From positions 3,544,305-3,608,304 of the forward strand of contig CBDCNM010000002.1 in NCBI GenBank assembly GCA_965219385.1: a stretch of DNA of 64,000 bases, given 5' to 3'. This document shows, one piece after another, positions 29,549 through 40,148 of the stretch. The stretch is from Candidatus Latescibacterota bacterium (GTDB taxonomy: Bacteria; Latescibacterota; UBA2968; UBA8231). The notes below the pieces were generated by a model. The model made no database searches. It saw nothing but the letters and a program-made list of their open reading frames with translations, and was not told where the DNA came from. The translations under genes were made by a program, and so were the position numbers. Within the stretch, counting starts at the first letter, position 1; each line of letters begins with the position of its first letter.

Positions 29549-29631
29549 TACAAAACCCAAAAACCCTATCTCTATTCCGGATCTTGACACCACCGGCACC
29601 CCCCCCGTACAATTCGATGCCGACCTTTAAG

Positions 29632-31078
29632 CTCGATTTTATCCAAACGCGCATGGCAGGAGGCCGGTATCCTCCGTACTGTTGATGGTATCCAAGCATC
29701 GACAGCCCAGGAGAAACCGATGAGCCCCCTGCCGAAAGATATAATAACGATTTTGTCGCCCTTTGCCCCCCTTTTTTCGAGCCGCGTTTGGCCGCAGGCT
29801 CAGACGCTGTTGGTCGGGGCGCTGTTAGCCCCGGGTAAACGCACGGTCAGCGCCGTGTTGGAGGTGTTGGGCTTGAGCCAACAGCCTACCTTTCAAACCT
29901 ACCACCGGATCCTCAACCGCTGTGTGTGGTCGCCCCTGGCCGGCAGTAAGCTACTCCTCCAGGCGTTGGTGGCCGCCTTTGCCCCCCACGGGCCCCTGGT
30001 CCTGGGCCTGGATGAGACCATCGAGCGGCGCCGGGGCGCCCAGATTGGGGCCCGAGGCATCTACCGGGATCCCGTCCGCTCGAGTGGGCCCCACCTGGTC
30101 AAGGCTAGCGGCTTGCGCTGGCTGTCGTTGATGCTGGTAGCGCCTATCCCTTGGGCGGATCGAAGTTGGGCCTTACCCTTTATGAGTGTGCTGTGTCCGT
30201 CGGCCCGCTACTATACTCAGCGCCAGCGCACCCCCCTCACCCTGTTGCAACGGGGGCAGACTATGCTCAAGCTGGTAGCGCGCTGGCTGCCCACCCGCCG
30301 GCTGGTCGTGGTCGCCGATAGCACCTTCTCCGCCTTGGCCTTTCTCGACGCGGTTCGGCCCCACGTGGGGCTGATTACCCGCTTGCGGTTGGATGCGGCC
30401 CTGTATGACCCACCACCAACCCGCACGCCGCACACGCGGGGACGCCCCCGCGGCAAAGGCGCCCGGCAGCCCACCCTCCAGCAGCACCTGAACGATCCGA
30501 CTACCCCTTGGCACCCCCTCACCCTGGACCGGTGGTATGCCGCCGGCCCCTATACAGTGGAAACCTACAGCCAAACGGCGCTGTGGTATCACACTGGCTT
30601 GCCCGCCGTGCCCCTCCGCTGGCTGCTGATCCGAGACCCGGCCGGCCGCTTCGCGCCCCAAGCCTTGCTCTCGACCGATGTGCGTCTGTCCCCTCGGCAA
30701 ATGCTGACCTATTTTCTCCAACGCTGGTCGGTAGAAACTACCTTTGAGGAAGCCCGCGCCCATCTGGGCATGGAAACCCAACGCCAATGGAATGAGCGGG
30801 CCATTGCCCGGACCACGCCGGTCATCTTGGCCTTGTTTAGTCTGGTCGCCCTCATCGCCAATCGGCTGGCCCCCAAAAGCGCCTCCCCCTGCCATGCCAC
30901 GGCCTGGTATGGCAAACGAAAACCCACCTTTTCCGATGCCGTGGCCTGGGTCCGACAACGGCTCTGGCAGGCTTTTTCCAACCTGCCCAACCAACACGAC
31001 CTGATAAAAATCCCTCGAAGCCTACTCAACCGCTTGATACACACCGTCTCGTACGCTACATAAATGGATAAAGTCGAG
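29632..31078 (+). mobile_element. IS701-like element, copy 1 (transposase 29720-31063)
   Basis: IRs ctcgattttatcca / tggataaagtcgag; intact 447-aa DDE ORF; no full TSD. Confidence 0.9.
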
Positions 31079-31079
31079 A

Positions 31080-31111
31080 GAGCCTATACGAAAATCCCCA
31101 TCTGAGCTTCG
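31080..31111 (+). repeat. Solo copy of the MITE left end
   Basis: gagcctatacgaaaatccccatctgagcttcg, 30/32 identical to 26349-26380. Confidence 0.8.
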
Positions 31112-31167
31112 CCCGGCTGCACAAGTGCCGGCACAAATTCCGCGGCGCTACAGGGAGGTGAATCACC

Positions 31168-32274
31168 ATGGTCTATAGCCAGGCAGACCCCCGCCGCCTC
31201 AGGCTACAACCCCTGGCGGCCAGAACAAGCAAATTTCACCTGAGCGAGATCCTCTTAGATCCAGACGCTCCAGCACCCGATCCCGGCCCCCTGAAGCCCC
31301 GGATCCGCCTGGTGGCCGAACGCATCAGAGCTGCACGCCAGAGCAATGCCGCGGTGGTACTGGCCTACGGAGCCCATCTGGTGAAAAACGGCCTGGGGCC
31401 TCTGGTGAGCCGGCTCTTGGAAGCGGGTTGGGTCACACACCTGGCCACCAACGGCGCCGGGACCATTCACGACTGGGAATATGCCTTCCAGGGGCGCTCG
31501 GAGGAGGATGTTCGCACCAATGTCGCCAGCGGGACTTTTGGCACCTGGGACGAAACGGGCCGCCATATTCACCTCGCCGTCCTGGCGGGTGCGCTAGCAG
31601 ACATGGGATACGGCGAATCGCTGGGAAAATTTATCTGGGAGGATGGCTGCGAAATCCCCGACCCTGCCGGGTTGGCCACAACCCTGGCGGCCTGGACTCA
31701 AGACCCGGTGGACGACGCCCTGATGCCGGCCAGGGCCGAACTGCTGCAGGCCCTGGTTCGCTTTGCCCTGCCCGCGGGCTTCTGGCAGGTTCGGCATCCC
31801 CACAAGGCCTTTTCGCTCACCGCCAACGCCTATCGCCTGCGGATCCCGCTCACCGTACATCCGGGCATTGGCTACGACATCATTTATAACCATCACTTGG
31901 CCAATGGCGCTGCCCTGGGACGAGGAGCGGATATCGACTACCGGGTCTTCGTGGAAAGCGTGAGACAACTGGAGGGCGGGGTTCTCCTTTCTGTCGGTTC
32001 GGCGATCATGGCCCCTCAGATCTTTGAAAAAGCCCTGTCTTTCGCCAATAACCTGCGTCTGCAGGAAGGCCTGGAGGGCATCCGTCCCTTCATCCTAGTG
32101 AACGACCTGGAGCCCGTGGAATGGGACTGGTCGCGGGGAGAGCCCCCCCAAGACAACCCTGCCTATTATCTCAGATTCTGCAAATCATTCAGTCGCATGG
32201 GCGGAGAAATGGTCTATGTGGGTGGGGATAATAGAGTCCTGCTGCACAACCTGTATTGCGAACTGCTCCGCTAG
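31168..32274 (+). CDS. Conserved hypothetical protein, possibly deoxyhypusine-synthase-like fold
   Basis: YGAHLVKNGL, THLATNGAGTIHDWE, TVHPGIGYDII, GSAIMAPQIFEKA; good RBS. Confidence 0.65.
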   Translation: MVYSQADPRRLRLQPLAARTSKFHLSEILLDPDAPAPDPGPLKPRIRLVAERIRAARQSNAAVVLAYGAHLVKNGLGPLVSRLLEAGWVTHLATNGAGTIHDWEYAFQGRSEEDVRTNVASGTFGTWDETGRHIHLAVLAGALADMGYGESLGKFIWEDGCEIPDPAGLATTLAAWTQDPVDDALMPARAELLQALVRFALPAGFWQVRHPHKAFSLTANAYRLRIPLTVHPGIGYDIIYNHHLANGAALGRGADIDYRVFVESVRQLEGGVLLSVGSAIMAPQIFEKALSFANNLRLQEGLEGIRPFILVNDLEPVEWDWSRGEPPQDNPAYYLRFCKSFSRMGGEMVYVGGDNRVLLHNLYCELLR

Positions 32275-32280
32275 AAGAAC

Positions 32281-34137
32281 CTACTCTGCATAGGCCTGTT
32301 CGATAAGCCCCCGATAACGCTCTACTACTGCCTTGGGGACGATCTTCTTGAGGCCCTTTGTCAGAGTGCCGGCCTCCTCGCTCAATACCTCGGGTAACAG
32401 CAAGACTTTCTGAGGCCGTTCGTGGCCGGGCAGGCCAGCGCTCCGGGCCTCCTGGAGGAGCAATTCGCGGACCCGGTCGGCCACGGCCGGATGGCAGCGC
32501 AGCGCCTCCTCATCGTCCAGGAGCAATCCAGCCAGATCGGCCTGATTGCCGACCTCCTCCACATCCACCGCCACCAGGGGCAAGGGAAATCCCCGACTCT
32601 GGTCGCCATAGACCACAACATGTTCGACGAGGGCGACCCGCGCAAAAATCCGCTCCAGCAGTTCTGGATTGACAAACTCCCCGTTGCCGAGCTTGAACTG
32701 CCGCCCCACGCGTCCTCTGAACGTGAGAAAGCCCTCCTCGTCGATACTGAACAGATCACCGGTGCGGTACCAGATCTTACCGTCCTCGTCCTCGACCAGG
32801 ACCTTGGCGGTTTGTTCGGGATCGTCGAGATAGCCCTTCATGACATTGGGGCCATGGACCTGGAGTTCGCCCACCTTTTCACCACTGCTTTGGTACGTCC
32901 CCGTGGCGGGATCGCCGTATCCCACTCTTGCGCCCTGGTGATCCTTCAATTCGACCTCCAGAAGCGGCCGTCCCACGGTGCCAGTCTTGCGGCCACGCAG
33001 GTGGTTGGTCGCGATGAGCGGGGCACACTCCGTCGTCCCATAACCTTCAAATGTCGTGATATCCAGAACCTCGTGAAAAAAATCCAGAGCCTCTGGATCG
33101 GCTTTGGCGGATCCGACGATGAGCAACCCCAGCCGTTCACCTACCCTGTTGGCCAGGGCGCTGCGGATCTGAGCGATGATCTTCCTGCCGATCGTCGCCT
33201 GGACCAGGCGATCGAGCAAGCCGGCCTGTCCGCGAGCCAGTCTTTGTTTGGCCCCCACCGACCGCGCGATCAGTTTGCCCTTCGGCCCCCCGGCTTCTAT
33301 TTCCTTGCGCACATTGCCGTAGACCTTGTCCAGAATGAGGGGAACCGTCAGAAAACCGTCCGGTTCGGAGTAGCGGATATCGCTGAGCACGCGATCCGGG
33401 GAGCGAGCCAGATCCAGCACCCAGCCCTTGGCCAGAGGATAGTATATATTGAGGATGCCCATGGAGTGGTAATCCGGGGCCGACTTGAACATCCTGAGGG
33501 GCTCGCGCTCGCTGAGGACCTCCCAGACCTCTTCTATATTGGCCACGATGTTGGCATGGGTCTGGACCACCCCTTTGGGTAGTCCAGACGAACCAGATGT
33601 GTACAGGATCTTGGATTCGTCATCCGGTGTCACTTCCACATCAGGGGGAGACACTCCTGCTGGGGCATCCAATAACTCCTCCCACGCCACGGCTCCATCC
33701 TCTCGCCCTTGGGTGAGAACAAGCCGGGGAGGATGATCCAGAGATGGGTGAATAGCCTCCAATTGTTCATAGCCTTTTGGATCGACCACCACTACCTCTA
33801 CCCTGGAGTGATTGATGCTATGGCTGAGGATCTCCGCCGCGGATTTGTTGCACAGTGGAACCGCGGATACGCCGATCAGATCAGTGGCCAGAAAGACCAG
33901 CAGGGGCTCTACCCCCCCATCTGTGAGAATCCCGATTCGCTGTCCCTTGCGCAACCCCAGCCGGGACAACCCGGCGGCCAGTTGATTCCGCTGGGCTTCA
34001 AGTTCCTGGTATTTCAAGGGCTGGTAGCTCAGTTTACCTGCTTTGTCCCCACTGATCGGCTGCAAAAGACGGATGGCTGTGCGTTCGGCGTAGCGCGTAA
34101 AACTGTCGTTCAATAAATCTTTTAAGGTTTGTCCCAT
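32281..34137 (-). CDS. Long-chain fatty acyl-CoA synthetase (AMP-binding)
   Basis: YTSGSSGLPKGV, EGYGTTE, GPNVMKGY, YRTGD. Confidence 0.92.
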   Translation of the reverse strand: MGQTLKDLLNDSFTRYAERTAIRLLQPISGDKAGKLSYQPLKYQELEAQRNQLAAGLSRLGLRKGQRIGILTDGGVEPLLVFLATDLIGVSAVPLCNKSAAEILSHSINHSRVEVVVVDPKGYEQLEAIHPSLDHPPRLVLTQGREDGAVAWEELLDAPAGVSPPDVEVTPDDESKILYTSGSSGLPKGVVQTHANIVANIEEVWEVLSEREPLRMFKSAPDYHSMGILNIYYPLAKGWVLDLARSPDRVLSDIRYSEPDGFLTVPLILDKVYGNVRKEIEAGGPKGKLIARSVGAKQRLARGQAGLLDRLVQATIGRKIIAQIRSALANRVGERLGLLIVGSAKADPEALDFFHEVLDITTFEGYGTTECAPLIATNHLRGRKTGTVGRPLLEVELKDHQGARVGYGDPATGTYQSSGEKVGELQVHGPNVMKGYLDDPEQTAKVLVEDEDGKIWYRTGDLFSIDEEGFLTFRGRVGRQFKLGNGEFVNPELLERIFARVALVEHVVVYGDQSRGFPLPLVAVDVEEVGNQADLAGLLLDDEEALRCHPAVADRVRELLLQEARSAGLPGHERPQKVLLLPEVLSEEAGTLTKGLKKIVPKAVVERYRGLIEQAYAE

Positions 34138-34192
34138 CGCTCCTATTACTCCCTGCCGACCAGGCTCGTCACACGTCCTAGGAAGGCTCTAA

Positions 34193-34220
34193 GAGTCCAT
34201 GCGAAAATCCCTATCTGGGC
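34193..34220 (+). repeat. Degenerate solo MITE end
   Basis: taa|gagtccatgcgaaaatccctatctgggc resembles the sequence starting at 26349. Confidence 0.55.
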
Positions 34221-34394
34221 CGCCAGCCCTCTGTAATTATAAGGTTGACAGAGCTTCCTGTAAAAGCCACTATACACTATAATAATTATAGTTAGGAATA
34301 GCTTCTCCTTCCAGTAAGGGGCCCTTCCAGTAAGGGGCGGCAAGGTGGACCCAGATCAGCCGAAGCCGCGTTTAACTTCTGGGGTTGGGACACT

Positions 34395-35507
34395 ATGAAA
34401 ATCACTCGCATTTCAGCCCTGTACCTGCGCCTCCCGCAGGTGACGGCCGCCTGCGACGGTACCCAGGATACCTGTCTGATCAAGGCGGAGACCGACGCCG
34501 GTCTCACCGGCTGGGGCGAGGTGGATTCCGCTCCTACCGTGGTCAAAGCCATCGTGGAGGCCCCGCTCTCCCACCAAATATCCAATGGCCTGGCCAACGC
34601 CCTGGAAGGAGCCGATCCCCTGGCCCTGGATGTGTGCCGGGCGCGCATGCTGGAAGCGGCCAATTACTACGGTCGCACCGCCGTGGGAACCCATGCCATG
34701 GCCGGCATCGAAATCGCCTTGTGGGATATTGCCGGCAAGGCTTGTGGACGGCCGATCTACCAGCTCCTGGGCGGTCCCCACAAGACAGCTTTCCGAGCCT
34801 ACTGCTCCATCCTCTTCGGGGATACCCCTTCCCAGACCCACGACCTGGGCCGCAGATTCGCCGACCAGGGCTTCACCGCCATCAAGTTCGGCTGGGGCCC
34901 CATGGGACAGAGCGAAGAAACCGATATCGCCCTGGTGCAGCAGGCCCGCCAGGGCGCTGGTCCCCAGGTCGACATCCTCATTGACGCCGGCCAAGTCTGG
35001 GACTGGAAGACCGCTCTGAAGAGGGCCCACCAGTTCGCTGAATTCGCCCCGTTTTGGCTGGAAGAGCCCCTGCACCCCGAAGACGTCAAGGGTTATGCCC
35101 GGTTGTGTGCCGCCAGCCCGCTGCCCATTGCCTCGGGTGAAGCCGAATCGCGCTACCAGGACTTCGAACACCTCCTGGTCAACGGCGATCTCGACTGGAT
35201 CCAGCCCGACCCGGCCCGGTGCGGCATCACTACCATGGTGGAAGTGGGTCGCCTGGCGCACCGCCTCCACAAACGCGTGGTCAACCACAGCTTCAAAAGC
35301 GGTATCACCATTGCCGCTTCTCTGCACGCCCTGGCCGCCGTGCCGCACGGCGAGGTCTTCGAATTCTGCATGTCGGACTCGCCCCTGCGCCACGAACTGA
35401 CCCACGAACGCTTCGCGGTCGAGGACGGTCATGTCAGGGTGCCGGATGCTCCGGGTCTGGGCGTGACCGTCGACGAAGAAACCGTGCAAAAATACCTGGT
35501 GCGCTGA
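34395..35507 (+). CDS. Mandelate racemase/muconate-lactonizing (enolase superfamily) enzyme
   Basis: TDAGLTGWGE, ALWDIAGKA, GFTAIKFG, WLEEP, ASGE, QPD, PGLGV. Confidence 0.92.
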   Translation: MKITRISALYLRLPQVTAACDGTQDTCLIKAETDAGLTGWGEVDSAPTVVKAIVEAPLSHQISNGLANALEGADPLALDVCRARMLEAANYYGRTAVGTHAMAGIEIALWDIAGKACGRPIYQLLGGPHKTAFRAYCSILFGDTPSQTHDLGRRFADQGFTAIKFGWGPMGQSEETDIALVQQARQGAGPQVDILIDAGQVWDWKTALKRAHQFAEFAPFWLEEPLHPEDVKGYARLCAASPLPIASGEAESRYQDFEHLLVNGDLDWIQPDPARCGITTMVEVGRLAHRLHKRVVNHSFKSGITIAASLHALAAVPHGEVFEFCMSDSPLRHELTHERFAVEDGHVRVPDAPGLGVTVDEETVQKYLVR

Positions 35508-35512
35508 GCAAA

Positions 35513-36655
35513 ATGCCTCGAGACCCCCTCCTGATCATCGACGGCCATCTGGACATGGCCTACAATGCCCTGTTCCACCGGCGCGACCTGACCCAGAGCG
35601 TTCAGACCCTGCGCGAACGCGAAGATTCCACCCCACCCCGGGATCCGGATCATCCCGATTCCCTGCGCCAGCGTCGCGGCCCGGAGGCCCTGGGCAAGGG
35701 GGTTGCCACCGTGGCCCTGCCCGAAATGCGCCAGGCCCATGTGGGCATCATGCTCTCGACCATCATGTCGCGGGTGCAACAGCCCATGAGCACCATGAAC
35801 GATGGGGTGCGCACCCAGGGAGCCGCCCACGCCACCGGACAGGCCCACCTCCACTACTACAAAGCCCTGGAGCGCCAGGAAGAGATCACCTGGATCCACA
35901 ACAGCGCCGATCTCGATGCCTGCGTCGAGGCCTGGAAAGCCCCGACCTCCGAGACCCCGGTGGGTCTGATCCTCTCTATGGAAAGCGCCGATCCCATCCT
36001 CGGACCCGACCAGGTCCAGGAGTGGTGGGACGCGGGCCTGCGCTCGGTCGGGCTCACCCATTTCGGCGCCAATACCTGGGGCCACGGCACCGGTACCAGG
36101 GGGGGACTCTATGCCTGCGCTTACCCGCTGATGGACGCCCTGCGCGCTGTAGGCATGATCCTCGACCTGACCCACGCCGCCGACCTGACCTTCTGGCAGA
36201 TCCTCGACTACTGGGACGGCCCGGTCCATGCCAGCCACTGCATGTGCCGCACCCTGGTGCCCGGTCAGCGCCACCTCAGCGACGAAATGATCCTTGCCCT
36301 GACCCAACGCGGCGGTGTCATCGGCATGGTCTTTGCCGAAGCCATGCTCAATCCCGAGTGGAATTTCGACCACACCTCCTCGTACCAGCCCACTGCCAAA
36401 CGCACCATGGGGGCGGTGGTAGAACACCTCGACCACATCTGCCAGCTGACCGGCAACTGCGACCACGTTGCCATCGGCACCGACTTGGACGGCGGCTTCG
36501 GCCGCGAGCTGTCTCCGGTGGACTACGACACCATCGTGGATCTACAGAAATTCCTCCACATCCTCGAGCGCCGGGGATATGGCCAGGAGGACATCGCCAA
36601 AATCGCCCACGGCAATCTCTTGCGCTTTTTCCACATCGCCTGGAGTTCAAGCTGA
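35513..36655 (+). CDS. Membrane dipeptidase (peptidase M19) 1
   Basis: IDGHLD, MESADPI, DLTH, ASH, GGVIG, IGTDLDGG; start ATG 35513. Confidence 0.9.
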   Translation: MPRDPLLIIDGHLDMAYNALFHRRDLTQSVQTLREREDSTPPRDPDHPDSLRQRRGPEALGKGVATVALPEMRQAHVGIMLSTIMSRVQQPMSTMNDGVRTQGAAHATGQAHLHYYKALERQEEITWIHNSADLDACVEAWKAPTSETPVGLILSMESADPILGPDQVQEWWDAGLRSVGLTHFGANTWGHGTGTRGGLYACAYPLMDALRAVGMILDLTHAADLTFWQILDYWDGPVHASHCMCRTLVPGQRHLSDEMILALTQRGGVIGMVFAEAMLNPEWNFDHTSSYQPTAKRTMGAVVEHLDHICQLTGNCDHVAIGTDLDGGFGRELSPVDYDTIVDLQKFLHILERRGYGQEDIAKIAHGNLLRFFHIAWSSS

Positions 36656-37740
36656 TGCGCAACCATCCCCCTCTCATCCTCGACAGTCACCTGGACCTGG
36701 CCTTCAACGCTTTGCAGCTCAACCGCGACCTGAAACAGCCCGCCGCCGTGGTCCGCACCCACGACCCTGTGGCCGCCATGGAAAGCTTTGGCTCCTGTAC
36801 GACTACCCTTCCCGAGTTGCGGCGTGGTCACATCGGCCTTGTCTGCGCTACGGTCATGTCGCGCCTCGATCCTAACGACCAGTGGACCCGCACCGGCATG
36901 TACGCCCAAAATCAGTGCCATGGCCTAGGCCGTGGCCACCTGGCCTACTACCAGGCCCTGGAACGGGAGGGTTTCCTCCGCTTCATCCACACGGCTGCGG
37001 ATCTGGATCAGGTCGTAGCCGCCTGGCAACGGCCGACCGCGGATACCCCCATCGGCCTGATCCTGGCCATGGAAAGCGCCGACCCCATCCTCGGACCCGA
37101 TCAGGTGCCCGAGTGGTACGCCCTGGGCCTGCGCATGGTCAGCATTTCCCACTACGGCACCAGCACCTATTCGCACGGCACCGGCACCGAAGGTGGCCTG
37201 CTGCCGCCGGCCAAACCCTTGCTGGATGCCTTCCGCCAGGCCGGCATCATCGTCGACATGACCCACCTGACCGACCAGGCCCACTGGGAATTGCTGGAAA
37301 TCTACGACGGTCCGGTCTGTGCTTCCCACCACAATTGCCGCGCCCTGGTGCCGGGCCAGCGCCAACTCACCGACGCGATGATCCGCTCCATAGCGGAACG
37401 CGGCGGCGTCATCGGCACGGCCATGGACGCCTGGATGCTCGACCCGGACTGGCAGCGCCAGGTTCCGCCCTATGAGCAACAGACCCGGGCCACCTTCGAG
37501 ACCGTGGCCGACCACATTGACCACATCGCCCAGTTAGTGGGCACCTCTCGCCCCTGCGGCATCGGCACGGATCTGGATGGCGGTTTCGGCACCGAACAGG
37601 CTCCGCGCGATCTCAACACCATTGCCGATCTGCAAAAACTCCGCCCCACCCTCGTCCGGCGCGGCTACTCCGAAGAGGATATCCAGGGCATCTTTTCGGG
37701 CAACTGGTTCCACTTCTTCAAAGAGGTTTGGAGTCGTTAA
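36655..37740 (+). CDS. Membrane dipeptidase (peptidase M19) 2
   Basis: LDSHLD, MESADPI, DMTH, ASHHN, IGTDLDGG; ATG overlaps the upstream TGA. Confidence 0.9.
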   Translation: MRNHPPLILDSHLDLAFNALQLNRDLKQPAAVVRTHDPVAAMESFGSCTTTLPELRRGHIGLVCATVMSRLDPNDQWTRTGMYAQNQCHGLGRGHLAYYQALEREGFLRFIHTAADLDQVVAAWQRPTADTPIGLILAMESADPILGPDQVPEWYALGLRMVSISHYGTSTYSHGTGTEGGLLPPAKPLLDAFRQAGIIVDMTHLTDQAHWELLEIYDGPVCASHHNCRALVPGQRQLTDAMIRSIAERGGVIGTAMDAWMLDPDWQRQVPPYEQQTRATFETVADHIDHIAQLVGTSRPCGIGTDLDGGFGTEQAPRDLNTIADLQKLRPTLVRRGYSEEDIQGIFSGNWFHFFKEVWSR

Positions 37741-37904
37741 ATAATCTCTCATTGCGAAGAAACTCCTTTTTTGTTGATATATTTAGTGCAAATTTGAATT
37801 TTTTCCTGCTGAACTATTGCGATTATCCAATAAACAGACTATACTTATCAATTCAGATATACATAATGTTTATATAAACACATTTTTCTGGAGAAAGATA
37901 TATC

Positions 37905-39611
37905 ATGAAACGAGGGGCTGACCTGGTCATCGAAGCAGTAGAAAGACATGGCGTGGAGTACATTTTCGGCCACCCAGGCGGAGCGGCCATGCCCATCTTC
38001 GATGCCCTGGTGGATTCGGAAAAGATCAGATTCGTCCTGACCCGCCACGAGCAGGGGGCCACCCACATGGCCGACGGGTACGCCCGGGCAACCGGCAAAC
38101 CCGGCGTGGTCCTGGTGACTTCGGGACCGGGAGCCACCAATACCATCACCGGCATCCTGACCGCCCAGATGGATTCCGCTCCCCTGGTCATCCTCACCGG
38201 CCAGACCATCACCCCCATGCTGGGCAAAGACGCCTTTCAGGAAGCCGACGTCTTCGGCGTCTCCATGCCCGTGGTCAAGCACTCCTACCTGGTCAAGGAT
38301 GCCAGCGATATCCCGCGCGTCATGATGGAGGCTTTTCACATAGCCACTACGGGCCGTCAGGGACCGGTGCTGGTGGATTTGCCCAAGGATGTCACCTCGG
38401 CGGAATGCGCTGCCCCCTCCCCCGAAAAGGTCTACCTCCCGGGTTACCACTGGCAACCCAAGCCCGATGTGGAACGGCTCGAAGAGGCCGGTAAATTGCT
38501 CGCAGCCAGCAAAAGGCCCCTGCTCTACCTGGGCGGCGGCTGTATCTCCTCCGGGGCCCACCAGGTGGCGCTGGCTTTTGCCGAAAAGACCCGCATGCCG
38601 GTGACCAATACCCTGCTGGGCAAGGGCAGCTTTCCCGAGCAACACCCGCTTTCCGTGGGCATGCTCGGCATGCACGGTACCGCCTATGCCAACAAAGCCG
38701 TGATAGGCTGCGACCTGATCATGTCGGTGGGAGGCCGCTGGGACGACCGCATCACCGGCAAGCTGTCCGAGTTCTGTCCCGACGCCAAGAAGATTCACGT
38801 GGATATCGACCCGGCCGAGTACGGCAAGGTGGTGATGCCCGATGTCTTCATCGAAGGCGACGCGCTCCAGGTCCTGGAAGAATTGATCAACTACGTGGGC
38901 CCCCTCGATACCACCGAGTGGCTGAGCCAGATCGACACATGGAAAAAGAAGTACCCCTTGCACTACGGGCGCAAAGGAGGGCTCAAGATGCAGGCTGTTT
39001 TCGACCGCCTCTACCACCTCACCGAGGGCAGGGCCGTGATTACCACCGACGTAGGGCAGCACCAGATGTGGGCCGCCCAGTTCTACAAGACCCGCTTCTA
39101 CCGCCAGTGGCTCTCTTCGGGCGGTTCGGGAACCATGGGTTTTGGCTTCCCCGCCGCCATCGGCGCCCAGTTTGGTCGCCCCGATGACATCGTGGTCGCC
39201 ATTGTCGGAGACGGCGGCTTCCAGATGACTCTGTGCGAACTTGCCACCGCGGCGCTGCACAATTTGCCCATCAAAATCCTGGTCATGGACAATAAATACC
39301 TGGGCATGGTGCGCCAGTGGCAGAACCTGTTCTTCGACAACCGGCTTTTGGGAGTGGACCTGGAGGGGAATCCCGACTTTGTCAAGCTGGCCGAATCCTA
39401 CGGCATCAAGGGTTTCCATTTGCGCCGCACGGCCGATATCGACAAGGTCCTGAAACAAGCACTCGAATACAACGACGGACCCTGCGTGGTCCACGCCGAG
39501 TGCGAAAAAGAGGACAATGTCTACCCCATGATACCAGCCGGTGCCGCGGTCCACGAAATGCTTATCGAAGCGCCCAGAAAAAAACTGGCCCAACCCACTG
39601 GGAGTACTTGA
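37905..39611 (+). CDS. ilvB: Acetolactate synthase large subunit
   Basis: RHEQGATHMADGYAR, TSGPGATN, TDVGQHQMW, GDGGFQM, GMVRQWQ. Confidence 0.96.
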   Translation: MKRGADLVIEAVERHGVEYIFGHPGGAAMPIFDALVDSEKIRFVLTRHEQGATHMADGYARATGKPGVVLVTSGPGATNTITGILTAQMDSAPLVILTGQTITPMLGKDAFQEADVFGVSMPVVKHSYLVKDASDIPRVMMEAFHIATTGRQGPVLVDLPKDVTSAECAAPSPEKVYLPGYHWQPKPDVERLEEAGKLLAASKRPLLYLGGGCISSGAHQVALAFAEKTRMPVTNTLLGKGSFPEQHPLSVGMLGMHGTAYANKAVIGCDLIMSVGGRWDDRITGKLSEFCPDAKKIHVDIDPAEYGKVVMPDVFIEGDALQVLEELINYVGPLDTTEWLSQIDTWKKKYPLHYGRKGGLKMQAVFDRLYHLTEGRAVITTDVGQHQMWAAQFYKTRFYRQWLSSGGSGTMGFGFPAAIGAQFGRPDDIVVAIVGDGGFQMTLCELATAALHNLPIKILVMDNKYLGMVRQWQNLFFDNRLLGVDLEGNPDFVKLAESYGIKGFHLRRTADIDKVLKQALEYNDGPCVVHAECEKEDNVYPMIPAGAAVHEMLIEAPRKKLAQPTGST

Positions 39612-40123
39612 TGGACAGCGAAAATGTTCCCCAGCCTAAAACCACCACGGTCGGTCTGCTGGTCAACGATCGCCCCGGGGTGCTGGTGCGCATCAGTCAG
39701 GTTTTCAGTCGCCGTGGTTACAACATAGGATCGTTGGTGGTCTCTCCAGCGCACGTACCCAATACCTCCCGCATGACCCTCACCTGCACCGGCCCGGAGG
39801 ATGTCCTGCACCAGATCATCCTGCAGCTCAACAAGCTGGTGGATGTCATCCACGCCCGGGACCACACCGATGACCAGGCGGTCGCGCGCGAGTTGGCCCT
39901 GTTCAAGGTCGGTTGCAGCGTGGCCGAACGCACCGAGGTCCTGCAGATCACCGAGGTCTTCCGCGGCAAGACCATCGACATCTCGGAAGAGACCATTACC
40001 ATCGAAGCTACCGGTACCTCCGAAAAAATGGATGCCCTGGAAGCCCTGCTCGCCAAGTTCGACCTGCGCGAAATGGTGCGCACCGGCAAGGTGGTCATGG
40101 CCCGTGGCAGCGAGATCACCTGA
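39611..40123 (+). CDS. ilvN: Acetolactate synthase small (regulatory) subunit
   Basis: LVNDRPGVLVRISQVFSRRGYNI.SL, QLNKLVDV, RELALFKV, EMVRTG. Confidence 0.94.
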   Translation: MDSENVPQPKTTTVGLLVNDRPGVLVRISQVFSRRGYNIGSLVVSPAHVPNTSRMTLTCTGPEDVLHQIILQLNKLVDVIHARDHTDDQAVARELALFKVGCSVAERTEVLQITEVFRGKTIDISEETITIEATGTSEKMDALEALLAKFDLREMVRTGKVVMARGSEIT

Positions 40124-40148
40124 AATCTGCTTTATCGAGGAGAAAAGT

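Larger units (their letters stand above)
26652..29557 (+). mobile_element. IS1-family element carrying passenger genes (transporter IS), 2.9 kb
   Basis: IRs ggtgctgcatcagtttgaaat / atttcaaactgatacaaaacc (18/21); perfect 8-bp TSD caaaaacc at 26644-26651 and 29558-29565. Confidence 0.9.

Noticed and set aside
26343..31111. Direct repeats as attL/attR of an integrated island
   Set aside because: The repeat is a MITE terminus with a third copy at 34193. No integrase is present, and the enclosed genes are explained by the IS1 element's own IRs and TSD.
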